From Salisapilia sapeloensis CBS 127946 (Eukaryota; Protista; Oomycota), in contig JAADVB010000073.1 of NCBI GenBank assembly GCA_023334545.1, forward strand, positions 1-64,000: DNA of 64,000 nt, given 5' to 3'. The position numbers and the translations under genes were made by a program. Positions 1 through 11,632 of the stretch are shown piece by piece. Under the pieces are notes generated by a model. The model was not told the DNA's origin. It ran no database searches and was given only the letters and a program-made list of their open reading frames with translations. Numbering within the stretch: position 1 is the first letter of the stretch; each line of letters opens with the position of its first letter.

Positions 1-1340
1 AAACGCTTCAATATATCTTTCTCCCACTACATCGAATGCATAAGCGCGTGCTCTGTACTGCCAATGGATATACGAATTCCTACTCTTGCTCTGTCTCTGT
101 CTTGGTCATTGATGCTATCAGGAGGAAGTGATCTTCGAGAAGACTTTAAGCCATGCCTGCTGCTTGAAGTGTGCACATTTGAAAAAGCGCGCGAAAGACT
201 CAGTGAGCTCTTCACTTTACTTGCGCTAGTTAGCTCTTCGCTATTATTTCGGAACAGGCATAGTACAGTGGTGGACGGGATAATTGGTCGATATTTACGA
301 CTCACACTGTACTATGTCCGATTGAAATGGCGAAGAGTTCAATGTTGCAAATAAATCGAACGAAACTTCAACCTGAAGGGCTTCGAGGATACACCACGAT
401 ACACTCGGCACTAGTCCCGCTAAAGCATGGAAGAGGAACAGATGATAAACGCAGATAGGAATGGAAAGGTGGATAGCGATGTAAGCATAGGACGAACCGC
501 CAAAGACGTAGGTATTGATGCCTATTACAGTGCTTGCGTGTTTCTTTTCATAGTGTCTATTATTCTTTGCATAACCCACGATTATCGGCTCAACAAACAC
601 GGTATAAGCTCTTTGCAATAAAAAGCATTCAAGCTCGCTCTCGTTCGCGCCAGTAACCACGACAAGATTGTGTTAGAACTTTCGTCCCGGACCGGTGTGC
701 GGTCGCTTAGCAAAATCTCCTTCCATACGAAATTAAAGAACTATGTATGTGATTCCTTTAATTCAATTTAAATTACAAAAATCGATACTAGGAGATAAAA
801 GAGCTCTATCGAAGACAACCAGCGGTGCCAAGATCATATTTCTCTCCAGGTATGTCATTGACAACATCGATGTTTATATCGAGTTTGTCCCCGGTTCGTA
901 GACCTTGTAGAAACGTTTTTACATCTGTCATACGCGTGACGGCATCATATACAAGTAGAAAGATTTCAATGGATCATTCGAGACCATGCAGCCAACTCTG
1001 TGTGCAAAATGGCAATTAAAACGCATTAAAACACGCAGACGTTTCATAAATATCTTTTAAAAGTGTTTAACAGAAAGGTGTCGACACGCTACCGTTCCAA
1101 GTTCACTCAAATCTGAAGCAGTTAACACATCGCTTTCAAAGCACTATCGACAATATATCTCTTGATCCGGCACAGAACATTATTATGCGATCCCAGTGTC
1201 TCTGCAAAGCAACAGAAGGTCTGCCCATGCCTTCTGCGCATGTATATCCTCGTCTGCACCTTGCACTTGGACTGAGTATATAAAAATGAGACGAGACATG
1301 TATCGATGACTGTCAAAATCGAAATATGTGGTGTCAACGC

Positions 1341-2645
1341 ATGCTCCAGCGTCTGCCATTGCGCCAGAACGGTGCGCGCCATTTGCACGGCAACGGACCG
1401 ATTCAACTTCGAGCAAGAGATACTCGTCGAGCATTTGCTGATGTTCTCGTACGTACTTTTATTTGCACCATCACAAGTCAATTGTATTGAGCATGTTTAT
1501 AGGGTGAGCAAAGTCTGAGAGGGTCCATGCTGCGTACTGGCCCTATCTTGGAGCTGATGGACGTGCTTGCTGGCACCATCTCCATGCGGTGAGCAGACTA
1601 TATCGACATCTTTTAGTCAAGTATTTACGTTAAACTAGTGTCGCTAAAGGACCCACCGCGACGATATCGTTCGACCGAGTGGACCTAGTCAAGCCAGTGT
1701 ATCATGGCGATCTCGTGCGCATTGAAGGAGAAGTCATTGCCATTAATAACTCATCCATGTCTATCCAGGTATTACCTTTACATCTCTCAACTAGTCCAAT
1801 TGACTAATTTATACACAGTGCTCTGGCTTCCGTCATGATATTCCGACGAACGAGTTCCAGCATACGCATAGTGCTATCATTACGATGGTTGCTATCGATG
1901 AGAACCATCGTCCGCGCAAAGGCCTGCCAGAGCTATTCAACCCCGACCGAGCTGAATACTGCATCGCGCTGCGTCAAATCGCAGAGCAGCGAAAGCAATT
2001 GTCTGTTTCTTGGCGAAAGGAACAGGCAGATGTGGATGAACGAGACTTTATTGCCGCGAGTGAAATCCACCAGCCTCTCACGAAGCAAGAGTACGTTCGT
2101 GTGAGTGACACGGAGATTAAAATGAGAAACTGGTTCCTACCTCGTAACTATAACGTGAACGACACGTTATTCGGAGGTGACTTGCTCTCATGGATGGACA
2201 AAGCAGCCTTGTACTGTGCCAACAACTTTACGAAAAGCGATCGGATGGTCACGATCGCCATGAACCGCATCCTATTCCAACTGCCGATCCGGAAGACGGA
2301 GGAAGTCGCTTTGCGTGCTCGTGTCTGCCACGTCCGGTACGTCCATCTCCATCCTCTTTCTCGCACATGTACTAACGATCTAGTAGTCGCCATCGTTTAG
2401 AAGTGGAAGTGGAAGTGTTTGTGGAAAACCCGATTGCGATGGAAAGTCGCAAGTCGCACACCGGATACTTTACCGTCTTAAACGTCGGTCCGGACAACGA
2501 GTACTTGCCTATTTCAAAAGGACTTGAAGTCGACGCATCCAATCAACAAGACATGAAGCGTCTATTAAAAGCTCAAAAGCGTTGGGAGTTCCAGGATGAA
2601 GATCAACAGCTTTACGTCCTAGATCCTCTCTCCCTTTCCATTTAG
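1341..2645 (+). CDS. Tandem hotdog-fold acyl-CoA thioesterase (ACOT7/BACH-like), copy A, multi-exon, probable mitochondrial presequence
   Basis: Manual splicing gives MLQRLPLRQNGARHLH...AFADVL|GEQSLRGSMLRTGPILELMDVLAG...TISFDRVDLVKPVYHGDLVRIEGEV. ORF 1885-2400 has NVNDTLFGGDLLSWMDKAA and ORF 2403-2645 supplies the C-terminus. GT-AG introns separate these segments. Confidence 0.85.
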
Positions 2646-2668
2646 AACCAGAATAAACCTTGCTTTTA

Positions 2669-3748
2669 TTACGGAGCTTCGTTATGTGCTTGCAAAAGTT
2701 GGTACGCGTAGTAGTGTGCACCACGTTCGCCTAGCTCTTCCGTCAATACGAGGTAGATGGGCACAGCACGGATGGCAGGACTGACTCTGCCTTTATCAAA
2801 CGCAGCGTTCAAAAAGATGTCACTTGACGTAAAGTACTTCGCGTTCTTCGCAGCGATGCCGCCAGTGATGTAGAATCCGCCGCGAGGAAGGTACTTGAGA
2901 ATGGCATTACCAGCCTCTCGACCGTACACGTCGATGAAAATGTCCATCGCCTGCTTGCATAGCGCGTCCTCGGTAGCGTTGGTAGCAATGACTCTCGGAC
3001 CAGACTTGCCAGCTTGGTTAAACTCGTCACGAATGGCCGCATTCGCTCTCTCCGGGAACCTTTGAAGCAAGAATTTGAAGATAGATGCGAGACCAGGGCC
3101 ACTGACGATACGTTCGACGGACAGTCGACGCTCGCACCCGTGCTCAGCCATCACACCGTCTCTCAATTCATGCTCGAGTTCTCCGATAGGAGCATAGTCC
3201 GTGTGGCCACCTTCACACGCGTAGCAGTTGTATCCGCTTTGGCCGTTGGAGGTTAAGTAGCATTCGCCTAAGCCGGTGCCAGCACCGATGGTGGCAATTG
3301 GAGCTCCTTCCTTCTTCGGTGCATCGTTAAGAGTGATGAATTCTTCCGGTTTTAACGTCAGGATGCCATAACCCATGGCCTGGAAGTCATTGATAAGCTG
3401 CACATGCTCGATGCCGAGATCTGCCTGCAGCTCTGGGCCATTGATCCGCCATCCTTCCTTGATATTGGTGAAGTCGACGGTGTTATCCAGGATCGGTCCA
3501 GCGCAGGCGAGGACACAGGCTCTTGGCAGACGTGACTTGAGGTTGGCATCGACCATGAAGAGATGGCAGAGCACAGAGAAACTAGCATGCTCCTCGTTCT
3601 GGTATTTTTTAGAGAAGATTTGTTTTCCTGGGACCACCCCCGTGGCCTCTTTCGTCTCGGTTGCTCCCTTGGGAATAAGCCATAGCGAAAGTCTAGAGTT
3701 CGTGCCACCGCAGTCACCAGAGATAACGAGTTCACCTTCTTCGTCCAT
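2669..3748 (-). CDS. glk: Glucokinase, bacterial Glk family, copy A, intronless
   Basis: ISGDCGGTNSRL phosphate-1 motif, ACAGP, LINDF, GAGTGLG, EGGH, SVERIVSGPG, GGFYITGGIA. ATG at 3748 chosen by alignment to copy B; the ORF-track upstream extension is probably not coding. Confidence 0.92.
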   Translation of the reverse strand: MDEEGELVISGDCGGTNSRLSLWLIPKGATETKEATGVVPGKQIFSKKYQNEEHASFSVLCHLFMVDANLKSRLPRACVLACAGPILDNTVDFTNIKEGWRINGPELQADLGIEHVQLINDFQAMGYGILTLKPEEFITLNDAPKKEGAPIATIGAGTGLGECYLTSNGQSGYNCYACEGGHTDYAPIGELEHELRDGVMAEHGCERRLSVERIVSGPGLASIFKFLLQRFPERANAAIRDEFNQAGKSGPRVIATNATEDALCKQAMDIFIDVYGREAGNAILKYLPRGGFYITGGIAAKNAKYFTSSDIFLNAAFDKGRVSPAIRAVPIYLVLTEELGERGAHYYAYQLLQAHNEAP

Positions 3749-3915
3749 GCTTGGTTTGTTTTGATGAATGTTTTTCGTGAAGAATCGAATTGTAACACGC
3801 AAGCTCCATGCGAACGCGAGCTTAGAGAGATGTTCGCATAGACCACGACGCAAAAGTAGTCTAAAGTACCGCCGTTTCTTTGCGAACTTCAAGCCGAGTG
3901 CATTGAAACGGCGGG

Positions 3916-6900
3916 ATGGAGCCCAAGCAAGCGCATGCTCTATGCATTTGTCGACGGCTCGAGCGATTAACACTAGCAAGACAGCCGACGGATCTATTCG
4001 AACGAGTACATTTCCATTGACGCAACATCTTGGTCATTTGGATTAATGAGGATGATGTAGGTGGATCGAGTCGTCCGTGAGTATGTGGACACTGATCGGA
4101 GACTAGTAAAGCTATTGCCAGCGCTTTATATGGATGTAGGTTTCTATAATGACTGCCATGCACACTTGGTTGATCATTTAAATGTAGGAATATCATATCG
4201 ATTTAACTGGACTTCACGTCAGTCCTCAATGGATTGCAACCATCGTGCAGTACTTTTCTAAAGACACGCATGACATTCAACTAACCTTGGCAGAGACTCC
4301 TGTCAATGACACTTGCATATCCCATCTGCAGGTCTTGCGCAACATTACTATCCTGCAGATCCCACGGTACATGAATTCCCACACATGAGTCATGTGATTC
4401 TATAGATGCTAACCGATATGTAGATGCAAAGCTCTTACGGATGCATCATTGGATGTCGTTGGGAATTATTTACATCTACTGGAAGAGCTTAATATCGATG
4501 ACTCGAGACACTTTACACCTGAAGCTCTCATGCGAGTATGGAAATCCTGTCGACGTCTGCATTCCTTATCTGCGAACAATACGACTGCGATTACAGACAC
4601 CTTTCTTGAATTCATATCTACCTGCCCACGCTCATCAGCTCAACACGCTGTGCGAAAGCTACATCTAGAACGATGTCGGAAACTTACAAGTGCTGGTATT
4701 GCACAACTAACGCCAACGTCTAGGTCCATAGCAGATATATCCTTGCAAGACCTACGTCTCGGTGAATGCCTCGAGCTTACATCCATGGCTTTTTTCAACT
4801 TTGAAAAGAGTAGATCCGTCCGATGTATCGTAAAGCTTAACTTGCGAGCTTTGCCTGTGGATGAAGCCGTCACGAGTTGGATCGCCAAGGGATGTCCAAA
4901 CCTGCGTCAGCTCATTCTCTCGCACTGTTCCCAACTATCCGACTTTGCGTTATTCCAACTCGCTCCTTGCATGTTCAAGCTAGTAAAACTCGATTTAGAT
5001 GCTTGCATTCACGTAACTAGCATAGGTATCCAAAACTTGTTTGCACAAGAGCCAAGGAATGATCAAGTGGAAGACGATGGCTTTCCACTTCAGACACTAA
5101 ACTTACAGCGTTGCAAGCTAGAGAACGATGCTTTAGTTGCTATCGGAAAGCATTGCCCAAATCTAATAAAGCTTGATGTCTCTGGTATTCGCGTCATCTC
5201 GGATACTGGTGTCATTGCCGTAGCGAAAGGATGTCGAAAGCTAAAAGACATCAAGATGTCTGGAAAGAAAGTATCAGGACAAGCCTTCCAAGCACTACGC
5301 GATAATTGTGCAGAGTTACAGTTGCTTGATATTGCAGGCCATAACGAGCTGGATTCGCCTCATGACTTGCTGCAGTTAGTACAGCATCAAAAATCCGTCC
5401 TGAAGAGTATCAACCTCTCCAACAGCAATATATGTGATGCTGGGGTGTATGCCATTGCTTCCAACTGCCCTCAGCTGAATGCTATCAACCTCTCCAAGGT
5501 AAGACATACTCGTCGATTTGCCTGTATTCGTTCCATTGACTTTGATTGAATCTAGTGTGCACGAGTAACGGATGCTGCTATCGAAAGCTTAGCAGGGTTC
5601 TGTTTTAGCTTGCAAACCCTCTTGCTCTCGAATACGAAGTCCATCTCTGATCGATCATTAATTGCATGCGCCATAGCACAGTTGCCACTACATACGATCG
5701 ATTTATCATGCAACGTTCAAATTACTCGCCTTGGTCTCGAGACTCTTTGTGGTGGTTGCCAATGGCTTCAATCAGTCAAACTTAACGGGTGTGAGAGACT
5801 TTCTCTGGATATGCTGATTCCGTGCTATCGTACGATGCTTCCATTTACGCGAGAACCTGTCTATGAAAAGTCTAGTCTAGTCTCTCAATTGAAACTTGTG
5901 AGTCTTCCTGTGCGACAAGTTCAATCTGTGCGACGTAAACTGCAACGACACGAGAATGCTGCATACCTTCAAGCCTGGTTTCGTCGTTGGAAAAATCGAC
6001 AAGCAATGCTACGTCAAATTGTCCGTCGGCGTGTTCAGCGCTATAGGCGTGCTGCTCAGCGTATTCAGAAAAGTGCCCGAAAGTTTGTGCAATGGAGGAA
6101 ATTCATGCGCTTCCTATGTATCGAGACTAACCTTCAGCAGGTCGTTTATGCTCAAGCTTGTGTCCGAGGTAATCAAAGCCGATATCGGACCCGAATCGTG
6201 CGCTTTGTCAAACGCAGAGCAGTTCGGTACATTCAAGATTGGTTTCTGCCACATTACCTTGGGTTACTGGATACGAGATGGAAAGCAGCTATTGTCATTC
6301 AGTCGTTTGGTAGGAAGCTACCGGCCAAGGCAAGACTGGCCCAACTTCAGCACGAGAGAAGAATCATGGCTGTCGACAAGATTTGGCATTGGTATCGCAA
6401 ATGTCTGAATAACTACTGCGTACGCACACGATCTCGTTGGCTTTTACTCAAAATCCGTTGTATTCAAGGTCAATGGCGAGCACATAGGTGCCGTAAAAAC
6501 TTTAAAACCTACATGAAACACTATCATTCTTGTGCGACGAAGATCCAAGCTGAGTGGAAACGAGTATTAGCCATGCGCTATCTCCGTCGCTTACGTCCAG
6601 AGCTCATGGCAGCTTCGACTGAACTACAGCGTGTTGGCCGAGGCATGGTCTCTCGACTAAACACGAGAGAGCATAAGTGGTTTGTCTATACATGCTGTGC
6701 TATTATCCAAGCGACATGGAAGATGTACGTTGATTACTTTCGGTACCAAAGAGATCGTCGATATATTATTTTAGCGCAACGAATGGCAAAGTATGCTCGA
6801 ACAGTACGTCGCTTTCGTCGGGTTGTCATTAGTGCACTCTTGGACCATCGAGATAAACACGCTCGTATCCTCCAAAGGTATGTACGTGGTCATTTTGGTC

Positions 6901-7874
6901 GTTGCCAAGGTCGGCTACGCCGTAAGCTTCGTAATGTACGACGGAAAGAAAGAGAGATGCAATTTCGACAAGCGTGTTTTTATCAAAAGATGATGGAAGT
7001 AGGAGCTGCATCACGTTTACAGAAGTGGGTCATGCCGATTATACGTCAAATTCAATTTGAAAGACTACAGAGGTGGAGAGAGTATGTGGCGTCCATCTTG
7101 CTGCAACGGTCTCTACGCCAGTGGATGTGCCGACTGAAAGCTTATAGACGATATCAGCAACGATCACGTGCGTGTACGGAGATTCAGCGTTGCTATCGAG
7201 GGTTACTAGGTCGTAGGAAATATGCTGAGGCATATCAACTAATGCTATCGACACTCAAGGCCAGACTAATGCAAAGGCTGTATCGCGGATATTGCGGTCG
7301 GAAGCTGTTTTACCGTACAAAAGTCTTATACAATTCCTCCGCAGCCCGCATCCAAGGTGTTTTTCGTACTCGCAAATCCACCATTTTGTTCGAAATCGCG
7401 CGAGCAGCTACGGCTCTTAAGGCTCGAGAGATGTACCAGCGTTCGGCTGTAGGACGAATTGACCTCATGACAAACCCGATCGACGAGTTGTACCGACGAG
7501 CACGGCTGTTTCATGAGCGAGATGCGTTGGAAGCATTGAAAAAGAAGTGGAAAGCGAATGAAGTCGCTGGGCAGCGCGCTATACGGAAGCACCGGCGCGA
7601 CCATGACTTTATCTGGGAAGAGGTGAGTAACGTGATAGCAACTTATTGGGATGAGAGACGGAAGCTCTACGGCGTTTCAGAGACCGTATACGGCTCGAAT
7701 CAAGAGTCTAACGATAAGAGGGAAGAGTATGCACGTGTTCAGGTGGAAGTTGTCCGCTTGCGAGAAAAAATCCAATGTTTCCGAACGGCACTTGAAGAGG
7801 CATCCACCACGCGACGGATTTTAGATAGAGCCGACGTCCTCGACCTCTTGCGCCAGTATGATCTAGTAGGGTAA
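3916..7874 (+). CDS. RNI-like/FBXL-type leucine-rich repeat protein with a long C-terminal IQ-motif-rich region; multi-exon, 5' and 3' ends approximate
   Basis: ORF 4449-5549 has cysteine-containing LRRs (LxxLxLxxCxxLTDxG-type). ORF 5610-7874 continues the LRRs, then many IQ motifs (IQKSARKF, IQGQWRAH, IQAEWKRV, IQRCYRGLLGRR). Upstream exons inferred from MEPKQAHALC...FER|VDRVVREY. Confidence 0.75.
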
Positions 7875-8197
7875 ATGAGTACTTGCACGTCGTCGTGCGT
7901 ATGACATGCTCTTCAGCGCTTGAAGCTTCCGCTCGACAAACTGTCTCCCAGTACCTGAGTTACTTATTCTTGTGCGATATTAATAAACTCTTTCTTAGCT
8001 TCTCGCCACGTTCATTCATTTCGTCTGGAGGATAAAATTAGGCTCTGTGATCAGACGTTACCTCACTCTTCCGATACATTTCGCCGTACAGATTACTACT
8101 ATCGGTCCCCAGCGGGTGTCGATGAGTAGGTAAGGTGGCGTACTTTTTGCCTTGCTCAATCTCATGTTGTCGACATCCACCGTGGTGGCTTGCAAGA

Positions 8198-8215
8198 GCT
8201 CATTCGACAATTTGC
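8198..8215 (+). promoter_or_regulatory. Oomycete INR+FPR core promoter element
   Basis: GCTCATTCGACAATTTGC matches the oomycete GCTCATTYBNNNWTTY initiator/flanking consensus, about 48 nt upstream of ATG 8246. Confidence 0.65.
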
Positions 8216-8245
8216 ACACTGACAGTGAACTTCATTCTTTTTAAG

Positions 8246-8824
8246 ATGCCGTACGAGAGTTTCCAATGCACTCGTCCCGTCATGATCGACCGAGTCGTGC
8301 AGGACCCAATCTCTGGATCCTGGCGATACGAAGTGACCATCCAACGTCGACTCGAAGACTCTGGTCACTCGCAGTATAGTCCGTTGTCGCCACCTATGAC
8401 GACACCGACTTACACTGTGAGTCGAAGCTTGCGAGACTTCAAGAGGCTGCATGCGGGACTGAAGCCTCTCATGGGTTCAGCCTTGCCATCGTTCCCGAGC
8501 GAAAGTCTCTTTGCATCCATCCTTGGCGAAAATGCGACTACGCTTGAGAAGAAGCGTCCAGAGTTGGAAAACTTGTTGCGCATCATGGACACGCATCCTG
8601 CAGCGTCCGACGCAAGCGAGTACCTGGACTTCATCTCGGATAAAGAGACTGTTCCTCGACCGCACAACCAAAAGTGTGAATCCTCCATGAATTTAAAAAA
8701 CTGTACGATGGAGTGTCGACTGGTGGAAGACCTTTTCTATTTGGATGTACTACGTCCGGAGGCACGTGATGACATGTATATGCTCCAAATCCCACGACGG
8801 GCTCGACAGTGCAGTCTCTACTAA
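8246..8824 (+). CDS. Small PX-like (phox homology) domain protein
   Basis: YEVTIQ...YTVSRSLRDFKRLHAGL...LPSFPSESLF...LEKKRPELENLL...YLDFI follows the PX pattern. Preceded by INR/FPR. Confidence 0.7.
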   Translation: MPYESFQCTRPVMIDRVVQDPISGSWRYEVTIQRRLEDSGHSQYSPLSPPMTTPTYTVSRSLRDFKRLHAGLKPLMGSALPSFPSESLFASILGENATTLEKKRPELENLLRIMDTHPAASDASEYLDFISDKETVPRPHNQKCESSMNLKNCTMECRLVEDLFYLDVLRPEARDDMYMLQIPRRARQCSLY

Positions 8825-9862
8825 AGTGCGCGTACCGAACGTCAAGTAAATTATGTGATACAAGATAGAAATGCATCCCCCAATTCAATGCCTTTGTTCA
8901 TTCCATGCATTCATTTATGCTAGTGGAAGCATCTGTAACTGGGTACGGCATCGGTAACTTGTTGCCAAGCATGTCAATGAAAGTAGTATAATCGTAGTCG
9001 GTGCATTCCACGATCGTGATGGCGGGACAGCCACATCACAATGAAGAATGTAGCGTCGAGGCCGGAACGTTCCTACCTCTTCGTTTCTTCTATTCCCGTG
9101 TTCCTACGTGGCTCGTGGGTACATGGTAGTCAGTGCCTTTGTAGATTTCCGCACATGCGTATTTATCTTAAATGTTTGCTTAGTAGGCTCGTATTTTATT
9201 TTGCTGTCGATGCATTATCGAGGTAGACTTGAAAGTTTAGTGCATACCACTATGATTTTCCTACGGCAAGCACACATCTGATAGGACCGTGTCTGGCTGT
9301 TGGAGCGGAAGAGGATTACAATGTGCGACAAGGCAAAGTAACTGGCCTTTTATTGTATGAAGGGGGAGAAAAAGCCGAAAGTTGAGAGAGGGCGAGTGCC
9401 TCAGATGTCTATTCGACCTGGGCTACATACTGGTCGACTGGAAATCCGGTCATGTCCAAAAAGTCATCCAATTTTCTTCCTGTCATCTCTTCTCGCCTTA
9501 TATGCGACGATAAGGATAGCATAACGTCATACTACACTTTGTATTTCCTTTGCCTCGCACACGTGTGATCAGCAACCACCACGACATGCAATTCCTCGAT
9601 CGTGACGTCTACTGCTATGTTACCGATTGAGGAACAGGTGGTATTTCCAAGGAGCACCTTGTTTGTCATAACCATCGGACACTCTCTACCATTTCCATGT
9701 GTAAACCATCCAAGCTTTCTGGCAGCACGTACAAGCAAACCTTCCGGCAAAATCTCAACCGGACCGGAACAGTATGGGTAAGTCGCATGCACCGTCGTTC
9801 CCATCGATACGCCCAGTCTCTAACGTTCTTACGTCTTGTTCATTTAAAAAATATTCGTCGCC

Positions 9863-11403
9863 ATGAACACACTAGCCGAAGTCCCCCTGTACGTTCACAT
9901 CTCCTCCCGACGTTCCGTAGAAGTGTCTTATTGTTTACGTAGGAAACGCGAGAGGGAGAATTCTGAAGGCGACGTCGTCCAAGCCGCTCGAGAGCAACCG
10001 AGTGAGCCGCAGAAAGCCAAGCGATGGACGCAAGAGCAGGTATATATTCTTGTAAGCACTGTCGCAAGCACATACATCATCCTTCCATAGGACGATGCGC
10101 TTCGTGACGCCGTCGATAAGTACGGGAATAAAAATTGGAAGGTGCGTCTACGATGTCCATTGCTGACAATGCCATACTCAAGTCTATTCGTAGCACATTG
10201 CAACCTTTGTACCTGGTCGCAACCACTCGCAATGTCTCCAGCGCTGGACGAAAGTGCTCAAGCCTGGTCTTGTCAAAGGCCATTGGTCGTATGAAGAAGA
10301 CAATGTGCTGGAAAAGATGGTGCTCCAGGGATGTCATGCGTGGGGTGAAGTCGCTGAACAAATTCCTGGTCGAACGTACGTTAGTGTAGTATAGTACGAC
10401 AAGCACTTGTTGACCCATGAACTAGTGCCAAGCAATGTCGAGAGCGATGGCGCAACCACTTAGATCCGTCCATTAACAAGGGGTACGACTTGTTACGTCC
10501 ATCGTCTAGGATTCCTTTATAATCGTATCTTCTAGACCATTCACAGAAGAGGAAGACGCGCGATTGAAGCAAGCGTTTGAACAGTACGGCAATCGATGGA
10601 CGCAGATCGCAGAGGAGCTACCAGGGCGGACGGAAGACGCGATTAAACAGCGCTGGCGAGTGCTCTACCCGAACCAGAAGGCAAGCACGCGTCCAGGTCG
10701 ACCTCGCTCGATGCCAGGACAGAGTACCAACCGGTCTCGCGCGACAGGTCCACCGGCCCCGAGTGAAATCGCTCGTCCGATCCAGGTAGAAGACGCGGCC
10801 ATGCCGTCTCATACGCACAGTCTCAGTGCTTTAGACGGTTCTCAGCCTTACTATGCGCATGCACTGTACACAGAGTCGTATGAAGACCACGCAGAGTACG
10901 CTCTGTCCGATGGATATAATTACCCCGACCCGATCGTCCATGACCATGAGACAGAAGAAGTGGACGCCAAAGACGTGGCGATATTGCGTGAATTCCTCCG
11001 GTCGCACTCGAGCAACTTGCTGTCGTTTGGCAGTAGTCGAGCCGGAAACTCGCTGTCGGATCTGTCGCCGGAAGAGCTCTTGGCCAGTGGCGAGCTGGAC
11101 GATCTACTACGGTCGGTATCGATTACCAATCGCGCGTCCGGGACATCGTCTGCCCGGATGTCTGGTTTGTCGACTGAAAGTTTTTCACGAGCGCTACGGA
11201 GTATGGGGGGTGAAGAGAAGCAAATGGTGCAGGATTTACTGGACGCACGGTTATCTAGTGGTAGTTTGGGTTTCCCCGAAGTCTCCGAGGCCGAGCGTCC
11301 TGTTCCGATTGCTGACTACGCCTCGACGCAAGTGCTAGAAGACGATGAGGACTATGTCGATCCAGCGTTAATGCGTCCGATTCGGAAAGGTGTGCCGTTA
11401 TGA
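9863..11403 (+). CDS. Three-repeat MYB (R1R2R3) transcription factor, copy A, multi-exon
   Basis: Spliced reading: KRWTQEQ|DDALRDAVDKYGNKNWK|HIATFVPGRNHSQCLQRWTKVLKPGLVKGHWSYEED...GRT|AKQCRERWRNHLDP...FTEEED...YGNRWTQIAEELPGRTEDAIKQRW. Confidence 0.88.
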
Positions 11404-11632
11404 TCAAAGTCGAGACCAAATAATTTCTATCTTTTCTTTCCTGTCGTCGTCTCGTCTGTACTTGAAGTTGTCAATTGTCTTGTAGAAGAAAACATCTTCA
11501 GGCGCTGACGTAGCAGAAACGAGATCTGCGGTCTAGAACACAAGAGATCAAGGAGGTAGCATGACAATGAATCGAGACCAGTACTTTTTTCTTCTATTTT
11601 GCAGTTATTTCTAGATTGCATCCTCATCGACC

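Noticed and set aside
1-1100. Short ORFs 27-305, 64-354, 295-660, 427-621 and 825-1019
   Set aside because: Possibly fragments of a spliced gene, but I could not build a consistent model or recognise a motif, so I left them uncalled.
3749-3979. N-terminal extension of glucokinase A in the ORF track
   Set aside because: Non-ATG start, overlaps the inferred first exon of the divergent LRR-IQ gene, and the paralogue starts at the position equivalent to 3748.
9532-9804. LHVVVV as a Crinkler HVLVxxP motif
   Set aside because: No LxLFLAK motif, no signal peptide and no proline; the match is too weak.
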